In this document: in pieces, positions 22,361 through 49,339 of the stretch
How positions within the stretch are numbered: position 1 is the stretch's first letter
How the letters are laid out: each line of letters begins with the position of its first letter
Source of the DNA: the human T2T-CHM13v2.0 reference genome, Homo sapiens
Length of the DNA: 64,000 nt
Reading direction: 5' to 3' (one strand)
Assembly: GCF_009914755.1 (NCBI RefSeq)
Contig: NC_060939.1
Program-made: the position numbers and the translations under genes
Notes under the pieces: generated by a model
Database searches by the model: none
Seen by the model: the letters and a program-made list of their open reading frames with translations, nothing else
What the model was told of the DNA's origin: nothing

Positions 22361-23257
22361 AGACAGAGTCTTACTCTGTCACCCAGGCTGGAGCACAGAG
22401 TGCGATCTTTGCTCACTGCAACCTCCACCTCCTGGGTTCAAGCAGTTCTCCTGCCTCAGCCTCCCAAGTAGCTGGGATTACAAGCATGCCCCATCACGCC
22501 TGTCTAATTTTTGTGTTTTTAGTAGACACAGCGTTTCACCATGTTAGCCAGGTTGGTCTCCAACTCCTGACCTCAGGTAATCCACCTGCCTCAGCCTCTC
22601 AAAGTGCTGGGATTACAGGCATGAGCCACTGCGTCTGGCCCAATAATATATATTTTCAAATAGATAGAAGAAAGGATATCGAATGCTCCCAACACAAAGA
22701 AATGATAAACGTTTGAGATGATGTAGATGCTAGTTACACTGATCTAGTCACTATACATTGTATGTGTCAAGACATCACTATGTACCTCATACATATGTAT
22801 GATTATTATGTGCCAATTATAACTTTTTTAAGAGGCCATACATGGTATCTTCCACTTTGGCCAATGTGGATTGAGGTGAGGGTGGATGGGGAAGAGTGGG
22901 GAAGGCAGCAGTCTTTGCCACAAAGGTGGGCAAAACTAAAAACCTAAAGCCTCAAAACCTACGTGAATGAAAAGTAAAAGCTGCTTTTGTCCTTACCTTG
23001 TCATCCCACTCCCCAGACAAGTCACTCATTATTGAAAGTTTAATGTGTCTTTAAAGGGGTTTCCAATTATAAAAATTTTGTGGGACTACTAAAAATCATA
23101 AGCCACAACTCATATCCAAAGAATAGAAGCCCAGAAAAGATGGACTAAAACAAAAATATTTTTTGGCAGGCCTGTAATTGCATATTATATACAAGGCTAC
23201 AGGATTAAACAGTCACTTTTCTAGCCCCTTCATGCAGTATTGAAAGACACCTTAGGG

Positions 23258-29383
<6,126 letters not shown>

Positions 29384-31153
29384 AAAGACAACTTAGGGAT
29401 AAATCTAGTCCAACTTCTACAACACAAAATTTCTATCACAGCACCTATAACACTTAAACTGTTTCTTTACTAGATTGAAGACCCTTGAAAGCAGTGAGGT
29501 GACTAACTGGGCTTTTTATTCTTGGTACTTAGCATAGTACCCAACTCACAGTAGACACTCAACAAATGTTGCACACATGAGTATATCAACCATTGCATGC
29601 TGAGGTTCCACAAAAATCTCCCAAGTGATATTCCAGTCTGTACTCAAGCACTTCACAAATGGGCTTTCTTTACTTTCCAGTGCAGTCCATCCAATCACTG
29701 ATCCTTTCTGACTGTACATAGGTTGAAGTGTAATATCAAATACAATTCCAAAAAAACTTTCCTATGATTATAATGACCAAATTTTCCAGATCAAAAATAG
29801 GAATTCATGGTCAGACAGAGGACATTTGGCCAATCCCCAGTCAATATACATACATTCAACCCTCCTGCAAAATCCATTTTAAGAAGTTAAACAGATGGTA
29901 ACCAACCCAAAGAGTCTTCACCTTTTCACATTATTAAAGCACACCTCTATTAATACACGTGTGGATCATTCCTGTGTCAGTGGAGGCTCTGAATAACTCC
30001 ATGAGCTTTCACACAGTCACTGTAGTTTATACAAGGGATCCAAATAAGCAAAGCATGCCTTGCCAGGAAAGCCACATGGAACTATTTCTTTTTTTTCTTT
30101 CCTTTTTTTTTTTCTTTGACACAGAGTCTTGCTCTGTCGCCCAGGCTGGAGTGCAGTGGCGCGATCTCGGCTCACTGCAACCTCCGGCTCCCAGGTTTTT
30201 AAGCAATTCTCTGCCTCAGCCTCCGGAGTAGCCGGGATTATAGGTGCTGCCACCACGCCTGGCTAGTTTTTTGTATTTTTAGTAGAGATGGGGTTTCACT
30301 ATCTTGGCCAGGCTGGTCTTGAACTCCTGACCTCGTGATCCGCCAGCCTTGGCCTCCTAAAGTGCTGGGATTACAGGCGTGAGCCACCACGCCCGGCCTG
30401 AAGCATTCCTTAACCTTCCCAGAAAGATTTTTAATTACCATGCTAAAAAAAAATTAGTTGAGAAAATAAAGATATCCAAAATTCCACTCCTAAGTCCTAG
30501 GCAGATATGTCTGTGTCCCCATTCCTGTAAACAGCCCCACTACAAATCACTTCAGGTTGTTTAAATTAACTGTTTAGATGTAACTTTTCATTGCCAACCT
30601 GACAGGTTGGTGCCAACTTGTTATCCCTGAAGTATAGCGTAAAGCCTGGAACTTAGCAGATACTTCACAGGTATGAAGAAATAAACATAATTAAGGCAAT
30701 ACAACTAACTGCTAATTTAAATTTTATTAGTGCTGGTATTGGTAGTCCTGTAAATACAGTCAGAGGAATTCTCTCAAAAGATGTTGGCTAACAGGTTATT
30801 AAAAATACTGCTACTCTTTTTCTTTTGGTACTGTTCCTTCTTTGTGCATTATTTTAAACCCCCTTTCCTTTTCTCGATCTCTAAGAAACAAGCCAATTAG
30901 GAAAGTCTTTCAGTATGCTGGCAATGCCCTGGTGTAGGGACAGAAGACTGGTGTAAGGTGTAATCTCCTGGCACGAGGGACGGAACACCAAGTCTAGCCT
31001 ACCAGCGTCTGACTCTTCATGGATTCTCCCTGTCCTGAGGCTTAGTGCCCTCGGTACGAAAAGAGAAAATAATATTCCCTCTGCTTGTTCCATGGAGTTG
31101 CAGTTAAGATCAAATAGGGAAGTATTCTGTAAAGTATAAACGTAAGGTAATAA

Positions 31154-31721
31154 TGGTAGACAGCCTCTAAAATGGTTCCCAATGACCCAGAGGTGTCTCC
31201 TGGTATTCACACCCTCGTATAGACCCTCATATATTGTACAGCGTTGGTCTTTGTGACTAATAGAATATGGCAGAAGTGATGGTATGTCCCTTCTGACAGA
31301 TTAGAAAAGACACTGTGGCTTCCATCTCGGTGGGAATGCATTCTCTTCACCTCTCTTCCCCCATTTCTGTCTCTCTCACCTCACTCACTGGGAAAGCCAG
31401 ATGTCATGTCAGCTATGGAGAGGCCCAAATGGCGAGGAACTAGAGCCTCTGGCTAACAGCCAGTAAGGAACTGAGGCCTGCCAACAGTCATGTGAGTGAG
31501 CTTGGAAGTGGATCTTCCCTTTCCAGCCAAACTTTTAAATTGATTTTAACCCTGACTGAGAGCTTGACAACCACCTCATGAGAGACCACACATGAGCTAG
31601 AACCACTGAACTAAGCCACTCTTGCATTTCTAGCTCCAAGAAATTGTGTGAAATAATGACTGTTGTTTAACGATGCTAAATTTGGGCTAATTTGTTACAC
31701 AGCAATGGCAATGGATAACAT
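31154..31721 (+). mobile_element. MLT1F/G-like MaLR LTR
   Basis: Motifs tggtagacagcctctaaaatggttccc, gtgactaatagaatatggcagaagtga and ctaatttgttacacagcaat. Confidence 0.7.
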
Positions 31722-32066
31722 ATGGGTGATGTTACTAGTGCCCAGCCACATTTACACTGTTTCTAAAGGTAATATTAAAATGAAGCACTGACTGGGTACA
31801 GTGGCTCATGTCTATAATCCCAAGATTATAGACAGGCTGAGGTAGGAGAATCTCTGGACCCCAGCAGTTTGAGCCCAGTCTGGGCAATACAGTGGGACCC
31901 CGTCTTGCAAAAGATTGAAAAATTAGCCAGGTTTAGGAGCTCACACCTGTAATCCCAGCACTTTGGGAGGCCAATGTGGGAGGACCACTTGAACACAAGA
32001 ATTTGAGACCAGTCTGGGCAACATGGAAAAACCCTGTCTCTACAAAACAACAACAACAACAACAAC

Positions 32067-32175
32067 AACAGCCCCATTACAAATCACTTCAGGTTGTTTA
32101 AGGTAACTGTTTAGATGTAAGTTTTCATTGCCAACCTGACAGGTTGGTGCCAACTTGCTATCCCTGAAATATAGC
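32067..32175 (+). repeat. 109-bp copy of 30530-30638 inserted in an Alu linker
   Basis: Ungapped alignment, constant offset 1537, six mismatches. Confidence 0.92.
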
Positions 32176-32402
32176 AAAATTAGCTGGGTGTGGTGACTCA
32201 TGCCTGTAGTCCTAGTGACTTGGGACGCTGGCATGGGAGGATCACTGGAGCCCAGGAGCTCAAGGTTACAGTAAGGTATGATCATTCCACTGTGCTACAG
32301 CCTGGGTGACTGAGGAAGACCTAGCCTCTAAAATAGAAATAAAAAACTGAGAAATAAGTATACAATTGATGCAGCTGACATTTCATTAGAGACTTTCAAT
32401 TA

Positions 32403-32594
<192 letters not shown>

Positions 32595-34201
32595 TCAAAG
32601 ATATCTAAAAATAAGGTCAAACATCACATACATGAACACAAGCCTATCAACAACTTGTCAGAGAAAACACCGCAGTAGTGTAAGAGAACCATGAGCACAA
32701 TCTTTGTAAATAGGACAGCGTCGAGAGAGGGCAAAAAATACCAGGAGAAATGGAGCAAAGGTTTTAGAAAGCCTCCATGAAGGGAGGCACACCAGAATGC
32801 TGCTGGAAATATGCTAGAGCAAAAGTTAGTACACAGCATAATAGAGTTAAAGAACAAAGTGAACCTGGGAAGGTGGAAAGAGTGGATGAATGGAAAGAGG
32901 AAAGGTGGGTTGGGAGAAAGGATGAAGCAGGGAGGGAGGGAGTTAGTAGTTACCTCCCTCTAGCCCACATGATAGCTTTGTACAATTTGGAAAAGAATGC
33001 CCTTCCAAAAGGAAACAGCCCTGTGCCAAGATGCACAGTTTGGAAAGCAAAGTCTGGGGTAGATTTCAGCCCTAATTTGTTTCCTGGCTAGATTCCTTTA
33101 TGCTGCAAACAACCTGCCTAACTATACAAAGCAGTCCCAGGAAAGAGGGACCTGCTAACTAACTCTGGTGAAGAAGCAGGCAGGCCTTTATTTCCCTATT
33201 TTGGAGCACAGGCAAATTTCTCAGAACTGTACACAAAATGTATTTTCACTGGTATCTTTTCCCACTGTTTTGCACTTGATGTGGAATTGTGTTCTAATAG
33301 AAAACCTTTCAGTTTGGGGAACAATGCTGTTTCTGGTGAGTTGGGGGAGGGGGACTGCTAGATGATTATGGAATTTAAGGAAACCTGGTAGCTCTCATCA
33401 CATAAGGACAGATGTACCTGTGGGTGCCTAAGATTTGTGTCCACAGTTACTTATTTAGCCTGGGGGCTTTTCATGGCTTTGCTTGGCCATCTCTGGCTTT
33501 TCTGGGGCTCCTCCTCACACAGTCACCAGGGGCACCACTGTTTACTGGTAACAGGATAACAGGCTTCTCCAGCTGAATGCCCAAAACTGAAAATAAACAA
33601 CAGTCGTTCCTCAAAAGTTTCCTTTGCAGAAGACCTGTATCATAAATGCCGCCTCTACCTGCTTGTTAAAATGAGGATTCCTGAGCACGCTCTTCCCCAG
33701 ACCTGCTAAAACAAAAGTTCTGGAAGTGAGGCCTGGGACTCTGCATTTTGAACAGTGGCCATCAATGTTAGAAAATTACCGTTTAACAGGAATATGAAGT
33801 ATGAGAAATTCCTGGGTGGACTTTATGAAAGAGAAAGGGAATTAAAGGCTCAGGCCTCCCAACAGTGTACAGTGTAAAGAACAAACCATGAAGGGTTAAA
33901 TAGATGCCTTCCTCAGTAAATGTATAGTAAAAATTGCTAGGAACTTCAAAAAATTGTAACATATATAAACACACATAGATAGCTAGCGCTTGTAGTCTAA
34001 TTAAAAATGTTATTCTAAAATTAGGTTATAATGACATTTCATGTATTGAGTTTGATATAATAAAAGAAGACCTCACTTTTTGAAAAATTTCATATTGGAG
34101 GGTTGACTATAGAACTTAGTACAAAATCACTCCCTGGGCCATCTGCAAAATTTAGGCCTGTACTGAAGTATCTTAGTTGATCAACTGTTAGTCCTTTCTT
34201 A

Positions 34202-34861
<660 letters not shown>

Positions 34862-36123
34862 TTACTCAACTGTCCTAAGGAAACATTTATTATATAATAT
34901 ATAAGCTCCATAAAGAACTAATATGGACACAAAGATGAGAGAAAAAAAGATGGATAAAGCACAAGGAAAGTTTCACAGCATTGATAATGCTCTTCTCTAC
35001 CTGCCACATCCTGCTTTGGAAGATGGAGCTCAGTTCTTTCCTCAGCAAGGCCCTTTTTAGTTCCCTTATTTTGTCAAACCAACTTTTTATTGAACTGAGC
35101 TTTTATCCCTATTGTATGTTGATATTTATTCTCAATATGAGCCACAACTCAAAATGTATAAACCAATGCCCCATCCATCCTTTCGATCGTGTGAGCGTGT
35201 AGACATGTGCTTACATAACATAGCTATGAATGATTACCATGTGAGGAAGAACACACATATGTGAAGGATTGTTTAAAATGGACGCCAGATTGGAGTAGGC
35301 CAGAAGTGGCTGAATTGTCTTGGGAAACAGTAATTACCATCTTAGTCAAATTCACAGTCCCTCTAACCTAATATTTCATTACCAATAGTAGCCACTAGAG
35401 ATGCACCATTGAAGGGCATGACTACTATTAAAGGAAATTAGGTCTTAATGCTGCGAATACTACTGAAGTTTCTATAATTCATAAATATATCCCACACTTT
35501 TTTCATTTCTGTCTTCTGTTATCAAAATTTGTTGTAGGGATAATGTGCCTCAAAACCATGCACTACAATCTTTACCTATGTATATAGATCTCTCAAGTTT
35601 CACCTTCCTTTCTCTCTAGGTAGATTGCAAACTCTCGAGGGCAAGCATGATATACTTATTGGTATCTGTTTTCCCACAGTATCTTACTCCTAGAGGGTCT
35701 TCACTAAAGTGAATTGAACTCACCGTCCCTTGTGTATGAATTACTTTTTCCCCTCCTTTATGTATTCCCCTCATCTCTGCCTAATGCCATCTTTATCATG
35801 CCCTCTCCAGCACTACACTGTTGTGTGGAAGAGATTACTTTCTAAACAAAGTTACTGTAAAAATGTTCATTTAACTTGTACCTAGTGTTAGGAAGTCATC
35901 AGCTCTTACTGCTCAGCTTCCAAAGCCAAAGGACATGCTATAGAATTTATAATAATTAAGAATCAGGATAATAATAATTAAAAACATGGATGAAAATTGG
36001 AGCTGAATAGACTCAGTGTTACAAAAATGCAAGGATTTCTTATTTGAAAGACTTTATGTAACAGAAATATACAATAATAATAACAACAATGACAACAATA
36101 ATAATGGTACCTTAGAAGCTTTA

Positions 36124-36360
<237 letters not shown>

Positions 36361-37149
36361 CTATCCAAAATATAAAATAAAATCATGAAAAACATTCTAG
36401 GCAACACACATGAGAGGAATCATTGAAGCCTTTCAAAATAATATAAATAAATGATTAGATGTGTTTTCAGATGATTAGGATATTTTGGCTAGTTTACTTC
36501 ATTACATTCTTATCTATTAACTCTTTATTAAATGTGTTTTCTTAATTTATACTCAGTTTCAGTATTATTTTAGGTTTTTAAAATACTTTTGGCACAAACA
36601 TAAATAATCTAAAAATGTTTAACAGACTTGGATTTTTGAATTATGTCTGACATGAGGCTTGTAGTATCCCATTCCACTAACCTGACACTGAAACCTGGAA
36701 AGGATGTTCCCTATGAGACATAAGTGGTCTCACAATTTAGGAGAGGCTGCCAAGCCTGAGTCGCTATACCTCTTTTCTCATTCTCCCTCTAAAAAACAAA
36801 AAACAACAAAAAGCCTGGGGGCCAGACTACTAAGGAGCTGAGGCAGAGGAGAAGGAGGATGACTGTGAGGCAGCCCAGGGGGTGGGACTATTTAAGCACA
36901 GGTGCCTACAGCAGCACATTATCAGGGAAGCAAAGCCTTATATAAGGAGTGTGGTGACAGAGGGAAGTCTGGGACATCTACTCTGATTAGAGACCCTCAA
37001 GAGGATGCCTAACTGGCTCAAATTGGTGATATACTCAGGGTAGCAGCAGAAACACAAGCCAGTCTTCCTTGAAGGAAAGTTTCCCCAAACCCCAATTTAG
37101 GTCTCCAGAACTCCCATCAATTATTAATTAATTAGCCAAAAAAAAAAAG

Positions 37150-40910
<3,761 letters not shown>

Positions 40911-41146
40911 GCTCTGCTTTTATGGAATCTAACCTAAGACAGCGGTTACCTCAGTGGGGATAGGGTAGAAGCATAAATATAGAAGGAATATGTTAAAATA
41001 TTCTAGTTCTTAGGGCAGATGGTGGATTCACATGCTTATATTACTATGCTTTGACATGATATATATGAAATCTTTTATATATAGTATAAGTAGATTTTAA
41101 AAGATAAATATAGCTGTTTTGAATTTTTCTCCTAGATGACCAATAA

Positions 41147-41578
<432 letters not shown>

Positions 41579-42222
41579 TAATTTTTTTAAATGTTTTGCA
41601 CAATGTTCTGTCTTGTATTATATTTGCTTGTGCAGCTACATATCTACCCAAAGAGACCGTAAGCTCCTTAAAGGTAAAAGATGTATCTTAAACTGCACAG
41701 CACATAGCTTAGTAAATTGTCTTCAATATTTAGCTTAATGCTTTATCCAGATGTTCAAAATGAGAGCTTGTAATGTACAGCACTATACATTATAAATTCA
41801 ATAAACTGCACATCACCATGATGACAAATAATGGACTTAGGGTCAAAACTATCTACCATTCAAATTTCACTGAGATTAAATAGTGATAGTGAGTAAAAGA
41901 CAGAAACCAAAATAACTAAGATCTTCCATGTCAAGCGCCACTTCATTCTCTCGCATACACGGATATCCATATGGGCTGACAACTGAGAATGTCACTAGTG
42001 ATTTTTTTTTTGCTATAAGAACAGTTTGTTCCTGGTGCCATAAAGACAGCCACAGCTGATACTAGAAAAATCTGACACTGACTCCCTGTCTACTTTCCAC
42101 TACTCATTCCTGATTACTATTCGTCCAGATTGTGCTTTGTCAACAGCCAAATCACATTGTGGCATATCACATCGATCCAGAGATCATTTTGCAAATGACT
42201 CCCATGACTGAACATATACACC

Positions 42223-42527
42223 TGCTATAGTCTGAATGTTTGTGTCCCCCCAAAATTCACATGTTGAAATTCTAACTCCCAATGTGAGGGTATTAGGAGG
42301 TGGGCCCCTTGGGAGGTAATTAGGTCAAGAAGGCAGAGCCCTCATGAATGAGAGTGGTGTCCTTACAAAAGAGGCCCAAAAGAGATCCCTTTCCCCATCT
42401 ACCACATGAGGACTCAGCAAGGAGGAGCCACAAAACAGCCCTCACCAGATATCAAATCTGCCTAGCCTTCCTTCTTGGACTTCCCAGCCTTCTGAACTGT
42501 AAGAAATAAATTTCTGTTGTTTATAAG
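42223..42527 (+). mobile_element. MLT1A-like MaLR LTR, 3'-truncated next to the exon donor
   Basis: tgctatagtctgaatgtttgtgtccccc start; ttggacttcccagcc..aactgtaagaaataaatttctgttgtttataag end. Confidence 0.8.
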
Positions 42528-42534
42528 GTACTCA

Positions 42535-42786
<252 letters not shown>

Positions 42787-43742
42787 TCAAAAATTACTAT
42801 GAGACTATCTTACATCATTTTATTTCTTCATTTAAATGAACTCCACACATAATTAAGAGAGTTAAAAAAAAAAAAAAAAGCACCTTGAAAACTTAGGTTG
42901 GCCGGGCATGGTGGCTTATGCCTGTAATCCCAGCATTTTGGGAGGCTGAGGCAGTCAGATCACTTGAGGTCAGGAGTTCAAGACCAGCCTGGCCAACATG
43001 GTGAAACCCTGTCTCTACTAAAAATACAAAAATTAGCTGGGCGTGGTGGTGGGCACCTGTAATCCCAGCTACTTATGAGGCTGAGGCAGGAGAATTGCTT
43101 GAATCTAGAAGGCGGAGGTTACAGTGAGCCAAGATTGCGCCACTGCACTCCAGCCTGGGTGACAGAGCGAGACTCCAGCTCAAAAAACAAAACAAAACAA
43201 AAACAAAAGAAAAAGAAAAAAAAAACTTAGGTCATGCCAATCCTATGAAATAAAACTTTAAAATTTTGATCAATTAGAATTTTCAAGCTGATTTTAAAAT
43301 ACAAAATCTAAAACAATAACACCCTAATTTGACAATCACTTTAAAAGTAAAAAGCATTTCATCTATTTTCATAGAAGTCTCTGTCAATTATAACAACATT
43401 TTTTTTCTTTTTTTGAGACAGAGTTTCACTCTTGTCGCCCAGGCTGGAGTGCAGTGACGCGATCTCGGCTCACTGAAACCTCCACCTCTCGGATTCAAGC
43501 GATTCTCCTGCCTCAGCCTCCTGAGTAGCTGGGATTACAGGCGCCCACCACCACACTGGGCTATTTTTTGTATTTTTAGTAGAGACAGGGTTTCGCCATG
43601 TTGGGCAGGGTGGTCTCAAACTCCTGACCTCAGGTGATCTGCCTGCCTTGGCCTACCAAAGTGCTGGGATTACAGGTGTGAGCCACGGCACCCGGCGTGT
43701 TAGAGAATTTTTAAAAATTCTAAACAGGAAAATGTTAAGTGC

Positions 43743-44147
43743 TGTTGAACTCCAAATAAAATACAGAGATGAATCTCCAAATTAACATTCCATTTGGGAA
43801 GCAAGAATGACAATTTGGGGCACACACATAGACTGAGTGGGTCTCTGGTATATCTAAAGACCAAAGGAGAGGTTGGGGGTTTTATTAGAGAGATGTCATA
43901 TACTGTTTTGAAAGAAAGTTCATTGGCATCAGAGAAGCTTTTGGGAGCTGGCAGGCTCTGACTGGTGAGTGACAGAGGTATGTAAATTTAGTCTTGGAGT
44001 CACAGCAGGCCATTTCAGCAGCTGGGCTTGTAAGAAATTAAATTCTTGGAGCAGGTGTTATGTGCCCCAAGTACTTTCTCCCTGGCCTCTTGATTGATTT
44101 AGTTGACTATGACAAGAATGACCTAATTTGTATAATCAACTTTCGCA
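43743..44147 (-). mobile_element. ERV1-class solo LTR (MER4 group; subfamily uncertain)
   Basis: TG..CA ends and 4-bp TSD GTGC (43739-43742, 44148-44151). Confidence 0.75.
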
Positions 44148-44164
44148 GTGCCATAATGAAATAA

Positions 44165-44633
<469 letters not shown>

Positions 44634-46195
44634 TAATTATACAGTTGATATAGTTCAGCATGAACTGACCTGGGGGAAAAAATAGCAAATATTAATTGGT
44701 ATTTGTCTATATATTTCTTTCAAAGTAATTCCAGGTCTTATTTATATGGTTGGTCATCGCTCCCTTAGACCCTCCCATGAGAGGCTTTTCTAGTTCACAG
44801 TTTTCCTTCACCAAGTGAAAAGGCTCCTGCCAGTTCTGTAACTCTATATTCTAGGGTTTTTGTTTTTTTTTTTAAATATTGCTGACTGAACACAATACTT
44901 AGCACACAATGAAACCTCCTCTTAGAAGTGACCTGGAATGTCTCAAAGTAGAAAAATTAGTCTTCAGTACATTATACTGACTCCTGTAATTACTGTGAGT
45001 GGCAACATCCTCTCAGTGAGCCACTTTAAGGGTCACAGTTAGATCCTGGCACTGGTGTCACGAGTATTTCATATGCTCTGAGAAGACCAGTGATTTTTCA
45101 GGGACTTGTTCCACCTGACTTGGTAACCGATGACCTTCACCACTACCTTTGCCTAAATGGATCAATGCTAGAATGAACCTCTTTATCAACAATTTACAAG
45201 GATATAATCTAGAAAAGCACTGATAATGGCTCCCCGAAAAAAAAGAAAGAAAGAAAAAAAACTTACAACCTAGTAAAGTAGTATCTGTAGTTCTGACAGT
45301 GGAAGCATATTTAAAAGGTAGTTTGGCCTAAAATAGTTCAAATAGTTCAAATCAATAGTTCAGATTTATTATAGAGATAATTAAAGATCAGAAATAAACT
45401 GGCTACTAACAGATTTTTCAGATATTAGTTCAATATAATTTATTTATTGATAAAAGAGTCATAATGGACACTAACATACATGTACTACATGGTAATCCAA
45501 ATGTTTATTGAAAGAATTCCCTCTATTCCTGAGGAAAGAGAAAGGGAAATAGATGAATATTTGAACTCAAGAAGCTTAGTCTATTATCGTCACCTTTTTT
45601 CCATTTTAATCACTCAGTATTCTTTCAAGTCCCTTTTTCCCTTATGTCTAGCCACTATTCTGCTTTTTTTCCAACTACCTCAATTCCTTTGCATTTCCTT
45701 CTTTCACACCTCAGGAAACAAACCACACCTCCATCTCTGAATACACTTCTACTTTCATTCAATCCTACTTTTTCTCTTATCTCTTATGCTTCAATATGAT
45801 ACCACACACTCCAAGGACCTCGTCCATCTTCTCCACACAGGCTCTCTTTTATAGGACTCAGGTTCCTCTCCCACCCAGACCCTCCCTCTGCATTTATTCT
45901 CCATTCCTTTCTCCTTCCCTGGTTATTGTTTCTTTTCCTAAACTCTGATCCAAATCTTGAGTATGCAATATGGAAAGAAATAATTCCTTCCCAGGAAAAT
46001 TATATCATGTTCAGGAATATGAATGAGTGAGAAAGTATACATAAGAGTGTTATTAGCACATGGTCTGTGTTTCCAGGCAAGGTATTATATAACTGAAGCA
46101 GATTAAGGGAATAAGTAAGAAAATGTGTGGAAGAACTGAAGAGATATGAGAAAAAATAGTAAGAACGAATATCCTTTTCATATTTCATTCCCCAT

Positions 46196-46402
46196 AATCT
46201 AAGGCAAACTAGTGCTTGTGGGCCAAATCTGGCCTGCTTACCTATTTTTTTTTAATAGACTTATTGGAACACAGTCAGTCTCGTCTGTTTACACGTTGGC
46301 CATGGCAGCTTTTGCACTATAACAGCAATGACAGTAGTGACAGAGACAGCATAGCTCACAGATATTTATCTGACCCTTTATAGATAAAGCTTGCTGGCTC
46401 AT
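46196..46402 (+). mobile_element. MER58A-like hAT MITE
   Basis: ggcaaacta..gggccaaatctggcctg..ttattggaacacag..ccctttatagataaag. Confidence 0.7.
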
Positions 46403-46932
46403 GATTTAAAGCGTCCTCTTACCTTCTAAACTTTCATTCTCCCTCTACGAAGAAATTCAGGGTTCTGGGACATACACTATAAATTTTTCTCTTTAACACT
46501 GATTCTCCAGGTATTCTACCATATCATTTGCAAACAGAAAAAAATCAGAAGTTGGCAAACTTTTTCTTAGAGGGCAGACAGTAATGGTTAGGCCTGTGGG
46601 CAAGATTCACTGATGGATGCTACAATTAATAGGAAAAGTATGACAAGAAACACAGTGCTGACATAGTTGCAAATATCTTCCCACAAGATTATTTCTTACA
46701 AAGAGAAAAACAGTAACTTTATAGTAGAAAGAACTGGCCACTGTAACCAAATTGTCAACATAAGTATCATCAGTAATGAGACATACTGACATTATGTACC
46801 TCCTTGTTTAATGCCATAGGTTTTCCTCTGATCTTTGTTCTAAAGTTATCTCATAGATTCTGATAAGTAGTGTTTACATTATCATTTTTTTCTATAACTT
46901 TTAGTTTTTATTTTCCTTTTCACCCAAGAGTA

Positions 46933-47281
46933 CAGTCATGTATCGCTTAACAACGGGGATACATTCTAACAAATGCCATCGTTAAGCAATTTCATCATTA
47001 TCCAAATGATCACAGCGTACTTAAAAAAACTATATTGTATAGCCTATTACGTGCCTAGGCTATATGGTATAACCTATTGCTCCTAGGTTACAAACCTGTA
47101 CAGCATGTCACTGTTCTGAATACTGGAGGCAAGTGTAACACAATGGTTAAGTATTTGGGTATTATAACATTATCTAAACATAGAAAAGGTAGAGTAAAAC
47201 TACAGTATTGTAATCTTATAGGACCACTGTCATATATGCGGTGTATCACTGATTGCGATGTCATTACACGGCACATGACTG
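46933..47281 (+). mobile_element. Tigger3a-type MITE
   Basis: CAGTCATG..CATGACTG TIRs, TA TSD, 349 bp. Confidence 0.88.
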
Positions 47282-48016
47282 TAGTTTAATAGGTTCTTAA
47301 ATTTCCAGTAAAAGGGCCTTTGATATTTTAATTTTGTTGGTAATTTCTAGTTTTCTTGCAGTGTGATCAGATAATGTAATACTTCTACTTTATGGAACTA
47401 CTTACATGTTTGTTTGTGACCTAATACCTGATCAATTTTTGTGAATGTTCCAGGGGCCCCTGGGCAGGAGGTATAGTCTCTATCATCAAGGTATAGAGTT
47501 CAGAAAACATACATATGATCTACCTTACTACGATCACGCTGTTTAAGTCTTCTATCTTCCTATTCTCTGTTCACTTGATCTGTCTTAAACTGAGGGTGGT
47601 ACATTAACATCTCCAACTATGAGTGTGTTTTTATGTCTCCTTGAATATCCTGCAGTTGTTGTTTCCCAAAGGTGAGTGTCATGATTCTGGTGACTAAATA
47701 TTAATAAATTTTGTATCCCACTTGTGAATTGTGGCATTTGGCATTAAAAAGTGCCCTTCCATCTTTTCTAAGTTTTTTGTTTTGGCTTGAATTCTACATC
47801 ATCTGTTATTAGGATCACTTCTCTTTTCTATCTTTCTGATATATCTTTGTCCATCTCTTTCTTACTTTTTTTAGGTGTGTGTCTCTTATACACAGCATAT
47901 GAATATAGCTATATAACCCAAACTGAAAATGTTTTCCTTTTAATAGGTGAGTTAACCCCATGTATATTTATTGCTGTGACTGATGTGTTTGGTCTTAAGT
48001 CTGCTGTAGTATTTTA

Positions 48017-49339
<1,323 letters not shown>

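Larger units (their letters stand above)
19237..22640. mobile_element. Alus nested in the L1MA: + 19237-19543, + 21569-21877 (TSD AAAGAAAATGTGGTATA), - 22328-22640
   Basis: Alu consensus motifs. The L1 resumes after each insertion. Confidence 0.9.

Noticed and set aside
22039-22716. 129-aa and 172-aa ORFs rich in IY and F/K runs
   Set aside because: Translation of (TA)n, poly-T and Alu sequence.
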